From Tubiluchus corallicola (lineage: Eukaryota > Animalia > Priapulida), in the NCBI GenBank assembly GCA_030141605.1, contig JAQGDQ010000900.1, forward strand, positions 18,375-82,374: 64,000 nt of DNA, read 5' to 3'. Both the position numbers and the translations under genes were made by a program. Numbering within the stretch: position 1 is the stretch's first letter; every line of letters begins with the position of its first letter. This document shows, one piece after another, positions 53,152-64,000 of this stretch. The notes beneath the pieces were generated by a model. It was given only the letters and a program-made list of their open reading frames with translations, had not been told where the DNA came from and searched no databases.

Positions 53152-53213
<62 letters not shown>

Positions 53214-53246
53214 TTATTTCAGTGTGTGCTATAAAATTTTACTCAC

Positions 53247-53337
53247 TTTCCTAATTCTTCGAACATCTGATAAAACTTGGATGGCTTAACATCTTTCTGT
53301 ATATTTACATTTCTTGGTTCAAATGCCTGTTCTAATT
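53247..53337 (-). CDS. MLCK: Myosin light chain kinase exon (LEQAFEPRNVNIQKDVKPSKFYQMFEELGK); upstream exon(s) not located
   Basis: Acceptor tttcag|AA and donor AA|gtgagt. Joins in frame to GKFG of the next exon. Confidence 0.85.
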
Positions 53338-53467
53338 CTGAAACGAGAAGTAAAAGTACTTATAAGAAACAGTTCTTGGAGCATTTACTAATCAATCCCA
53401 AAGTACAAATGCTAAATTGACTGAATTAAATGGTACGGGCTCACTTGGACAAAGATGCTGAGTTGGC

Positions 53468-53776
53468 TAAATAAAGTACAACAATGTGATCAAGTCATTA
53501 TCAAACTTAAGTAAGTTCTTTAACAGCGTAACAAGTGGTGACCATGATGATGATGATGATGACGACGACGACGACGATGGCGATAGACAAGCTACTACCT
53601 AACAAAAGAATGGGCAAATTCTATATAAAGCAAAATATATCATAAAATTCCAGTGTCACATTTTGGCGTAAAAAAACATACACGTGGAGCCATCTGTTGT
53701 TAAATAAAGTACAACAATGTGATAAAGTCATAATGAAACTTAAGTAAGTTCTTTAACAGCGTAACAAGTGGTGACC

Positions 53777-53809
<33 letters not shown>

Positions 53810-53967
53810 GCGACGACGACGACGACGATGACGATAGACAAGCTACTAACTAACAAAAGAAAGGACAACTTCTATATTAAACAAAATATATCATAAAATT
53901 CCAGTGTCACATTTTCTTACATACACATACGAAAAACATACACGTGGAGCCATCTGTTGTTTAAATA
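53468..53967. repeat. Tandem duplication (~235-260 bp) containing a (GAT/GAC)n tract
   Basis: taaataaagtacaacaatgtgat...cacgtggagccatctgttgtt occurs twice. Confidence 0.85.
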
Positions 53968-54185
53968 AAAAACGTTAGTCGGTATCACCTCTCACCGGTT
54001 GATCAAGTGTTAGTGTGGTACCTTTTCACCTATTTCAAACTTTCGTTGTTACGATTAAGCGAAAAGACAAATTTCAAGAGATTCCAATACTTTATAAATC
54101 TATGGTTAATTTGTTAATAGGGCGGTGCACCAAACACAAGGATTTCACACGCTTTTAGGCTAATAACAAATTATTGCTAAAGGCA

Positions 54186-54730
54186 AATACGTCTGAAATA
54201 CGTATACTGAATACGTCTGAAATACGTATACTGAATACGTCTGAAATACGTATACTGAATACGTCTGAAATACGTATACTGAATAAGCCTGAAATACGTA
54301 TACTGAATATGTCTGAGATACGTATACTAAATATGTCTGAATTTTGAATACGTCTGAGATACGTATACTAAATATGTCTGAAATTTGAATACGTCTGAAG
54401 TACATATACTGAATACGTCTGAAATACGTATACTGAATACGTCTGAAATACGTATACTGAATACGTCTGAAATACGTATACTGAATACGTCTGAAATACG
54501 TATACTGAACACGTCTGAAATACGTATACTGAATACGTCTGAAATACGTATACTGAATACGTCTGAAATACGTACACTAAATATGTCTGAAATTTGAATA
54601 CGTCTGAAATACGTATACTGAATACGTCTGAGATACGTATACTAAATATGTCTGAAATTTGAAGTGGTCTGAAATATGTATACTGAATACGTCTGAAATA
54701 TGTATACTGAATATATCTGAAATCTGAATA
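54186..54730. repeat. Minisatellite, 24-bp unit, ~22 copies
   Basis: Unit gaatacgtctgaaatacgtatact. Confidence 0.92.
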
Positions 54731-56315
54731 CTGCATGAAATCTGTCAAGTTTTCAGTCTGTTACGAAGGTTAAGAAGGACGGATTTAAGTTATAAGACAG
54801 ACACTTTCTAGAACTGGCGTTTTTTAACGTGTAAAAGAATGAATCAATCCTAACACCTTGATGCTCCAATTCCAATTAAGAGGGTACGGCGTGTTATTCT
54901 ACCCTTGATCAGATTCAGACAAGGATAAAGGAACAAGCAAGTAATTATCCTCCATGACAAGCAGCTGCCTGGAGGAAACTCGACTGCCTCGTGTTACTAA
55001 TTAAACAAATACGTGAATTTTTCCTGGTCAAGGAAAAATTCCTCCGATTCGTGTGCAGATGTGGGTTAATCGGCGGCTTCGTGCAGCCATGCATGCAGAC
55101 ATTGCCAGACATACGAACTCGATAAAGTAGATTCACGGTTGTAGTTCTTCAGAATCGCTTTCATTTAATTATTAGAAGTTAAAAGTCAGAGGTATAAATT
55201 AACCTAATTTCATGACAAAGAACCATCACTGAAAACATTCAAATTTTTAAAGGAAGTACCAATCCTCGAACGACATTTATTGCATTTTAATAACAATTCA
55301 AAGTATTGAAATCACAATACAATATATGAGCATAGAATGCTTTGCTTAAAATGTAAAAGAAATTTAAAAATTTCTGATCTCCCCTTCAAACGAACGTCGC
55401 TGCCGGCATATTTGAAAAAAATGACGTAAGCTGGTGTCTGCTGGGCAGCGTGGATGCTGTGAAGGCAAGCTGTGATGAAGGTACGCGTTGAGAAATTTCT
55501 ACAGTTTGCTGAAAAGTTTCATTATTCTAGCACCGTATTTACCTGCGTTTATGCAAAAATTAGTCATTTGATTACGACCAAGTTTAAAATGGTTACGTAG
55601 CTCTAACCGACAGGATTATACCGTAAAATGTGTAAGTAGTATACATTAATTGCGTAAATGTAATTAATTTACAGACTTTTGTTGACTTTCAGATACACAT
55701 GTAAACTTGCGAGCATACAGTAGGTACTGGGTGGGTTACTTAGTCTATAGAGTTCACTCTATAAGTTAAAAAAGATTCTGAAGCACTTGGCATAATAACT
55801 GTTTAAATTACACCGTAACCAGATCACCGGATATTTTCACCAAAATTAGCGCGAACAAACGTAAAGTAATCACGAATTGATTTTACTAATTACAAGAGAT
55901 GCTTATCTATCACAATTTCATTGCTGAAACTTTCTTACATTTTTCTCAAATATTAAAATAAGCTCAACTTCCTGAGAGACTTGACTTTTGTTTTAAGAAG
56001 AGGTCTAATGAATTGAACCCCATCTTCCGGCTTTTGTACAGTATTTTCTGCGCTTGTTTTTCCATATTCGATTCGAATTCCTTTGCCAAAACTGTCCACG
56101 TTCTACGTGTGAGGGTTAAAACACTGGGTCTATATACCCAAGCATGGTCGAAATAAAAAAGTCTGCATCCATTTTCATTTCATATTTTCATTTTGTTAAA
56201 ACTACAGTTCACTTCATTATGCCTAGCTCGATTTCAAAAAAATATTATAAGTTTATCTCGTCATTAAGTTTTCTGGCCAGCCAATAATGGGTTTTAATTT
56301 ACAATCTATTTGTAT

Positions 56316-57210
56316 TAAAGGAAGACAGGATGATTTTTCGTATCCTACCCCATTTTCAAGTCCGATAAAAACTATACATTTTAACGCCATTAATACTGCA
56401 AAGGCGTTTCTGATAATTAAGTAATAGATTAAAAACTTAGTTAGCGGTGGGCGAGCCCAACTATTGATGACATCACAAACTAACATAATTTTCAACAGCA
56501 AAAATATTCCACGAGCTGCACGTGTTTGTGAAAGCAAAAATTGACGTACAGTGGTACTGTAAGATATTCGGTGTCTTGTACTAAAACTAGGCGAGTGATT
56601 CACAGAAAATGTGCATACAGTTTACACGTCAGGCTGAATAAGTGTGAAAATTTTATATGCAAGAACATTTTAAACAGTGATGCAAACTTTACTTCTGTAA
56701 TTAGAAGTCATTCGCGTAGTTTGTTATATCGTTAATTGTTATTTGGGTTATTGTTGTGTGTCATGATTTATTGTATTGTTTGTATTAATTTGTGATGTGT
56801 TTATGAACTTTGTAAAGTTTGAAATAAAATATTAAATCAAATCAAATCAAGTTTAAAGATAAAAATTCAAATTTCAAATTATCCGCTGTGCTCACGCATG
56901 AGCTGTCGAACGTGTGCAGTTCGTCACAAACTAATACATAAGAAAATAATACATAATACATAATAAATGAGAAGTACAGCACCTGTTTTTTGGGCAATGC
57001 GTTTCCAAAATGCAGGCGCTGGTGTCCGTCTAATCAGCGAATGACGAAATGTATGTAACATGGAAGAACTAGTGGCGCGTACGTAAAATTGTTTGTGTGA
57101 TAATAATTCTTTCACGTAAGTCATTTTGTAAAAAATAGTGTGTTTCCTTTCAATATTTTAAAGAGTAGATTGTTTTGACCTACAGTTTAAGATTGGATCC
57201 GGTTTTGCTT
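56316..57210 (-). mobile_element. Family B copy, interrupted by a LINE fragment
   Basis: Reverse complement of 18920-19558. Confidence 0.7.
56592..56848 (+). mobile_element. Short 3' fragment of a LINE related to the 37.1-39.3 kb element, nested in a MITE
   Basis: Peptide CENFICKNILNSDANFTSVIRSHSRSLL resembles SDNLMCQKILVSDAKFTSHIRQQWWRLLL. Similar 3'UTR and (AAATC)n tail. Confidence 0.8.
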
Positions 57211-57954
57211 TAAGTATAAGTTACAGCATCCATATTTTAGACAGTAAATTAAAATGAGATTAAGTCCAATCAGTCGTCCGGTTTTCTTTTAATGTTTGTA
57301 CGACCGGAAGTAGTAGTTCCTGCGTCAACTTATTCCAGACAAGCTTTTCTTTAGTCGAAATTTTCCTCTTCGTACACCGATTTTTGGAAACTATGATTGC
57401 CAGATGAAGCCAGATTGAGAGAAAGAACGGCAGATGAAGCCAGATTGAGAGAAAGAACTCCTTAAGCTCTGTGCATGCGGGTTCTGTTATTCTTACTTAC
57501 AATAGATCGCATGCAGAACAAACACCAATGAATCTTGCTCCTGATTTTGGTCTAAAATAGAAAACTGACCATAACGCACAGCTTGAGATGCCCACTAATA
57601 ATGTAGCAGAGACGTGGATTTGTTTAGCTAGTAAACTAACATCGTGCCTCTAATCATGTACAAACTAAACTTAAGAAGCTACTACATGGTCACAAACTAA
57701 CAGCCTGTTTTTGTTGTATTCTTGGCACTCAGTATTCTTTCCTGGGTGAAAACATATAGACGTCTGTGATTTCTTGCAGTAAGATAATTTCCATTATATC
57801 AAAGTGTTAAAGTTTTTATTTATACCCTCCAAAAGTTTTTAGTTGAAATATGAATTACCAAGAGCTGCTTAAGCAAAACATTTGCAAAAACAATTTTCCT
57901 GCAAAACGGCATGAGTCACACTTCGGAGAGACAAACAACTCTATTATTTGTAAC

Positions 57955-58598
57955 CTACGGTTTTTGTAGCCACCATTCTTGTAGCTACCATTGACGTAGC
58001 TACCACTGACGTAACTTCCATTGCTGTAACTGCTATTGTTATAGCTAACATTGCTGTAGATATCATTATTGCAGTTGCCATTGTTGCAGCTGCCATTGTT
58101 GCCGCTACAATTGCTGCAGCTACAATTATTGCAGCATCCACTGCTACATCTAGCAATAGTGTTGCTGCCATTCTTATAGCTACCATTGTTGTAGCTACCA
58201 CTGTTGTAACTAACATTGTTATAGTTACCGTTATTGCAGCTACCATTGTTGTAGCTACCATTGTTGCCGCTACAATTGCTGCAGCTACAATTATTGCAGC
58301 AACCACTGCTACATCTAGCACTAGTGTTGCTACCATTCTTATAGCTACCATTGTTGTAGCTACCACTGTTGTAACTAACATTGTTATAGTTACTGTTATT
58401 GCAGTTGCCATTAGCGTAACTACCATTGTTTCTGCTACAATTGCTGCAGCTACTATTGTTGCAGCTACTGCTGTTACATCTAGCATTGCTGTAGTTACCA
58501 TTCTTATAGCTACCATTGTTGTAACAACCATTGTTATAGCTACCATTATTGTAGTTTCTATTGTCGTAACTACCATAGTTGCCCCTACAATTGCTGCA
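57955..58598. repeat. Degenerate triplet-periodic low-complexity array with ~180-bp higher-order duplication
   Basis: Recurrent gctaccattgttgta units. Confidence 0.75.
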
Positions 58599-59935
58599 CT
58601 ATAAACTTGAACAGTGGAAAGACAGAAACCTTGTGATTAAACTTTAATAGTGGAAAGACAGAGGTCAAGGCCATTTCACTGTAATAGGATAAAAGGGTTG
58701 CTAGAAATAGTTAAACAAGTTTAAACAATTACGCAGAATTGTTTCGGGATCCTAAAAAGAATCGTTGCTACAGAAAATAGACAGGCTTGGCAGAGATCAG
58801 ATGAGTTTGAACCTGTTACTGATGGAAGACTTTTTCATTTTCTTTGTTACAATTTGAGGTAAAGATACTTAAAACTGGAATAACCGCTGCAACTTTGTGT
58901 AAGCAAGCAAACAAGTAGGTAAATAAGTAGGCAGGCAGGCAGGCATGCAGGCAAGGAAGCGAGCAAAATTAGTTGGTAAGAAAGTAAGTACGTAAATGAG
59001 TGAGTGGATGAGTGAGTGAGCGAGCGAGTGAGTGAGTGAGTGAGTGAGTGGGTGGGTGAGTGAGTGAGTGAGTGGGCGAGTGAGTGAGCGAGTGACCGAG
59101 CGAGCGAATGAGTGAGTGAGTGAGTGGGTGAGTGAGTGAGTGAGCGAACGAGCGAATGAGTGAGTGAGTGAGTGAGTGGGTGAGTGAGTGAGCGAGCGAG
59201 CGAGCGAATGAGTGAGTGGTGGGTGAGTGAGTAAGTGAGTGAGTGAGTGAGTAGGTGAGAGAGTAAGCGAGTGAGCGCACGAGCGAATGAGTGAGTGAGT
59301 GGGTGAGTGAGTAAGCAAGAAACCAAGTAAGTGCGTTGTTAGGTAGGCAAGCAAGCAGACAGGCAGGCAGGTAGGTAAACAGACAGGTAGATAAGAAGGT
59401 AGATACGTATCCAGAATTTCTGTGCTTAATCAATAACAAAACTTTGAAACAGATTTACTACTGCATGTGACATGAAAACATGACTCGTGACGTTAATTTT
59501 TTAATTAAAATTTAATGAAGCAGCTCTTTCACTTATGCGAAATAATTAGTCAACTATAATAACACTGGTTTTTGCTTTCCCACCTGCCTATAGGAATTCA
59601 TATCTGCCCTCTGATAGGCAAGTTAGCAAACTGAATAAGAATAGCAATTATGTTTTAGCTCTGAGTTCAAATTTTATGTTGTGGAAGGAGCTTTGCTTTA
59701 TATCCATCATTCTAGTGAATATTATTTTGTAACAGCAGTGTCATAAAATTATACATCTGTTAGATTGGAGACTATTTGTCTGACCAGTAAGTGGGGTTGA
59801 TTGATCCGGAGAAAACTGTTTCTGGACAATTTCTCCTGTCATATTGTCTTACTATTTGTTTCTTTGGAGAAGGGTATATCTAGAGTGGTTGGTTTATCAT
59901 CGTGTGTCTTGAGTCTCCTCTTAGAGAATGGACTA

Positions 59936-60262
59936 AGTTTCGGTCCTGCTTCACGCGTCAGACTAAGCAGACCCCGACACCGAGAGACTCAGGTTTGCAG
60001 AATACCAAGCTGAACAAACAAAAAATCAACCGTCGCTAACAGGTCAACATGCAGCAAAATGCACTTGAGTAAAGCTGGCAGTAAAAGAAGTTGTTGCCTA
60101 GGTTTCGGTCCTGCTTCACGCGTCAGACTAAGCAGACCCCGACACCTAGAGACTCAGGTTTGCAGAATACCAAGCTGTACAAACAAAAAATCAACCGTCG
60201 CTAACAGGTCAACACGCATCAAAATGCACTTGAGTAAAACTGGCAGTAAAAGATGTTGTTGC
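59936..60262. repeat. Tandem duplication, ~165 bp x2
   Basis: gtttcggtcctgcttcacgcgtcagactaagcagacc... occurs twice. Confidence 0.85.
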
Positions 60263-60689
60263 TACAGCAACAGCTGCCATTGCTGACTTCTGCTGGGGTT
60301 GAAAATTGTGGGAAAGCTGGCACAGTTTTAAAAAATACGTAATGACTTCCGAGCTATCAGCTTTCAGAATTTGGCTGTGATGAATGAGAATTCTGCAGCT
60401 GATCGGTAACGAAGACACGAAATCATTTATGCGCGTTGACGACTTGTTTTTCTCTCGCAAATGCCAAAAACCTAAAGTTTTTTTTGTGCTTAAAGTCAAA
60501 GTACAGTTATTCTGGATTCTGTGCATCCAATGAATCACACGTCCAGGGACATGATTCTGCTCACCCCCCCCCCCCCCATGCCAGGACTCCCTGCTCGCCG
60601 CAATGCCCCAAGTAAATTTATTTCTAAGGATCAATGCTGAAGTGTTTAAATCTTTCTGTGCAAAATCTAAGTATGTTAACATTTGTCCT

Positions 60690-61058
60690 CCTGCAGGATT
60701 TTTAGCTGGTTTCTATGGCTTGTTGAAGAGCTATCTTCACTGGAACATCATCAGGTAGTCTAAGCATATGCCCAATCCATCTTAAACGGCGTCTTTTTAT
60801 TTTTCTTGTCCAAGGTTCTTCTTTTATTTTTTCATATAGATCTTTGTTTGAAATTTTCTTTGGCCATGTAATACCCAAAATGTTTCTGTAATTTCGCCTT
60901 TGAAACGCATCGATTTCAGCTTAATGATTTGCTTTTAATGTCCAGAGCTCAGAGTTATGCAGAAATACAGTTTCAACTGAGGCTGAGAATATTCTAATTT
61001 TTGTTTCCAAAGAAATCTTCCTATTCTCAAGAACTTTTGTGAGTTTTGAGTAAGCTGA
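60690..61058 (-). mobile_element. Degenerate RTE-clade LINE fragment
   Basis: Minus-strand translation ISLETKIRIF...SELWTL...IDAFQRR..RNILGITW..KISN.DLY...IKRRRLRWIGHMLRL, containing stops. Confidence 0.75.
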
Positions 61059-61264
61059 TAATAACATGCACCATAGTTATAATGTAACGTTAACTAGGAA
61101 GTGAGCATGCGCAGTAGGCGCAACAATGATCAAGCAATCAATACGCATGTGCGTCTCTCTCTCGTTCCGCATCAAACTTCAATAAAAACTCTTGTATTGT
61201 GGACTCTTCTATTTCTGTTTATATGTGTGGGGGTACAGAGCACCCACATATTTCTGCTAAACAC

Positions 61265-61690
61265 AGAGCATGCTATACTACATTAAAGAACATAGCATGC
61301 TATATTGGATACTACATTAAAGAACATAGCATGCTATATTGGATACTACATTAAAGAACATAGCATGCTATACTGCATACTACATTAAAGAACATAGCAT
61401 GCTATACTGCATACTACATTAAAGAACATAGCATGCTATACTGCATACTACATTAAAGAACATAGCATGCTATACTGGATACTACATTAAAGAACATAGC
61501 ATGCTATATTGGATACTACATTAAAGAACATAGCATGCTATACTGGATACTACAATAAAGGACATAGCATGCTATACTAGATACAACATTAAAGAACATA
61601 GCATGCTATAGTGGTTACGACACTAAAGAACATAGCATGCTATACTGGCTTACTGCATTAAAGACCATAGCATGCTATACTGGATACTAA
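61265..61690. repeat. Minisatellite, 34-bp unit, ~12 copies, with palindromic core ATAGCATGCTAT
   Basis: Unit agaacatagcatgctatactggatactacattaa. Confidence 0.92.
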
Positions 61691-61789
61691 AATCGTTAAA
61701 CATCCGTGCGTTCTCAAAGATGCAAAGGACGGACCACATTGACCACAGTTCTTGTTATTTTGATATAAATCCGACTAGCTGCAGCATCG

Positions 61790-62810
61790 CTCAATGGCAA
61801 CACTGCTCAGAACGTTAATTACGTGATTACTGACAGTAAACCAAACACCACTCAAAGGCAACACTGTTCAGAATGTTCACCACATGAGTACTGACAGTAA
61901 ACCAAACACCAGTTAATGGCAACACTGCTCAGAGTATTCACCACATGAGTACTGACAGTAAACCAAACACCACTCTAGGGCAACACTGTTCAGAGTATTC
62001 ACCACATGAGTACTGACTGTAAACCAAACACCAGTCAATGGCAACACTGCTCAGAGTATTCACCACATGAGTACTGACTGTAAACCAAACACCACTCTAG
62101 GGCAACACTGTTCAGAGTATTCACCACATGAGTACTGACTGTAAACCAAACACCACTCTAGGGCAACACTGTTCAGAGTATTCACCACATGAGTACTGAC
62201 TGTAAACCAAACACCACTCTAGGGCAACACTGTTCAGAGTATTCACCACATGAGTACTGACTGTAAACCAAACACCACTCTAGGGCAACACTGTTCAGAG
62301 TATTCACCACATGAGTACTGACTGTAAACCAAACACCACTCTAGGGCAACACTGTTCAGAGTATTCACCACATGAGTACTGACTGTAAACCAAACACCAC
62401 TCTAGGGCAACACTGTTCAGAGTATTCATCACATGAGTACTGACAGTAAACCAAACACCAGCCAATGGCAACATTACTCAGAATGTTAATTACGTGAGTA
62501 CTGACAGTAAACCAAACACCACTCAATGGCAACACTGATCAGAGTATTCATCACATGAGTACTGACAGTAAACCAAACACCAGCCAATGGCAACACTGTT
62601 CAGAATGTTAATTACGTGAGTACTGACTGTAAACCAAACACCACTCAAGGGCAACACTGTTCAGAGTATTCATCACATGAGTACTGACAGTAAACCAAAC
62701 ACCACTCAAGGGCAACACTGTTCAGAGTATTCATCACGTGAGTACTGACAGTAAATCAAACACCAGTCAATGGCAACACTGATCAGAGTATTCACCACGT
62801 GACTAATGAC
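61790..62810. repeat. Tandem array, 61-bp unit, ~16 copies
   Basis: Unit ggcaacactgttcagagtattcaccacatgagtactgactgtaaaccaaacaccactctag; homogeneous in the centre. Confidence 0.95.
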
Positions 62811-63094
62811 GGTAACACGAAATACCACTAACAGTTAAGACTCATTCAACTTTTTGTCTTTTCAGTTTTAATTAGGAAACATTATTGGGAAACAATTTTT
62901 CACATCCGTTGCACACAGTTTTTTAAATTTAACACAATTGCCAATTAGTTTAACATAAACGTTTAACTTTACAGCGTAACATGATGCAACTGTTTGTCTG
63001 TCGGTTCTCCGTCATGGACCCAGGTTTTTTCTACGGGAGCTGGAAATTCTGGGAAGGAGTTTACAATTCCCACACAATCTAAATACCATTGCCA

Positions 63095-63190
63095 AAACCC
63101 TAGCCTTAACCCATACTCTTACCTAATCCTAACCCTAAACCTAATCCTAACCCTAACCCTAATCCTAATCATAACCCTAATCTTAATCCA
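63095..63190. repeat. Degenerate (CCCTAA)n telomere-like tract
   Basis: cctaatcctaaccctaaacctaatcctaaccctaaccctaatcc. Confidence 0.7.
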
Positions 63191-63259
63191 CTTTACGAAC
63201 CAAATTCTTATGCATGGAGAATTGTAAACTTTAGCTCATGTCTGTATTCTGGTTGAAGT

Positions 63260-63570
63260 CCCGAATGCCGTGTAGAAGCTGACGCAACCAGTGAATGTAG
63301 TTCTGTTGCCACCAGCTGTTGGAGAATCGGGGGGGGGGACAGTGACATTGACCGGATGAAACGCTGACGTAGTACTTTGAGCCGACAGGAGACCAGAGGT
63401 CAAGAGAAACGTCCGGAATGCAGTGTAGAAGCTGATGCAATCAGTGAATGAAGTTCTGTTGCCACAAGCTGTTGGAGACTCGGGGGGGGGGGGGCGAGGA
63501 CAGTGACATTGACCTGAGAAAACGCTGACGTAGACTTTGAGCCGGCAGAGACCAGAGGTCAAGAGAAACG
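63260..63570. repeat. Tandem duplication, ~155 bp x2
   Basis: gtgtagaagctga.gcaa.cagtgaatg...gagaccagaggtcaagagaaacg occurs twice. Confidence 0.8.
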
Positions 63571-64000
63571 ATAGTGGGAACGAAGGATCCGATAATCAAC
63601 ACCAGTAAAAGAAGCCATGTAAGGAAACCAAGTAGCAGGTAGAAGATCTCATCCTGTCCTCAGGTGACACCACGATGTCCTCTTTTATTGAACTCCTTTC
63701 TATTTCGTTTCTCTTCTCTTTTGTCTATCTTTATCTATTGTTTTATCTGAACTATCTATCTATCTTTTATATCATCTCATATATGAGCTTCATTCATTAC
63801 ACCATTCCATTCTGTAGTACTAATGTTTTCTTTATCATACGATTCACTTCAAATTTTCAGATTATTTTCATTGCTTTTTTTACTTTTTTCTTTTAACAGG
63901 GTGGAACAATCTAACAAGCCCTGCTTTTTGATTGCCCGCAACACATTTACACTTGTATATATAGCAAAGCTAAACTATGGTATATCTAAACTAGTTATGT

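Noticed and set aside
54902-54955. Candidate first MLCK exon (MEDNYLLVPLSLSESDQG)
   Set aside because: The available GT gives phase 2, whereas the next exon needs phase 1. The candidate near 55960-56065 ends in a stop.
57944-58576. 210-aa V/A/T/M-rich ORF
   Set aside because: Triplet-periodic low-complexity array with no domain or splice support.
61083-61248. Possible solo LTR (TGTAAC...CACA with AATAAA)
   Set aside because: No matching TSD and no second copy in the window.
61265-62810. Regular repeats that could be mistaken for CRISPR arrays (also 12220-13395 and 34733-35562)
   Set aside because: Units are contiguous with no unique spacers, there are no cas genes, and the context is eukaryotic.

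Overview
This is AT-rich, repeat-dense eukaryotic DNA from an invertebrate; the proteins look protostome/arthropod-like. Most of the supplied ORF track is noise from microsatellites and minisatellites. Four host genes can be built from the sequence. Two are tandem 3-exon paralogues on + (10964-15351 and 18129-22268). They share intron phases, a Cys motif, and a C-terminal transmembrane helix followed by a KASH/LRMP-like tail. The third is an intronless PTB-domain gene (26139-28415, CG12581-like). The fourth is a myosin light chain kinase on - (6 exons traced, 53337-42107; first exon not found). The rest is LINE fragments, a young 5'-truncated LINE inside a (CT)n tract, a Penelope-like relic with hammerhead motifs, several MITE families, a 5S rRNA-derived sequence, and about 10 tandem arrays. 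The most notable observations are the KASH-like paralogue pair, a minisatellite built from a kinase exon/5'-splice-site junction, and repeated locally templated insertions bracketed by long direct duplications. All alignments, counts and percent identities were done by eye and are approximate.
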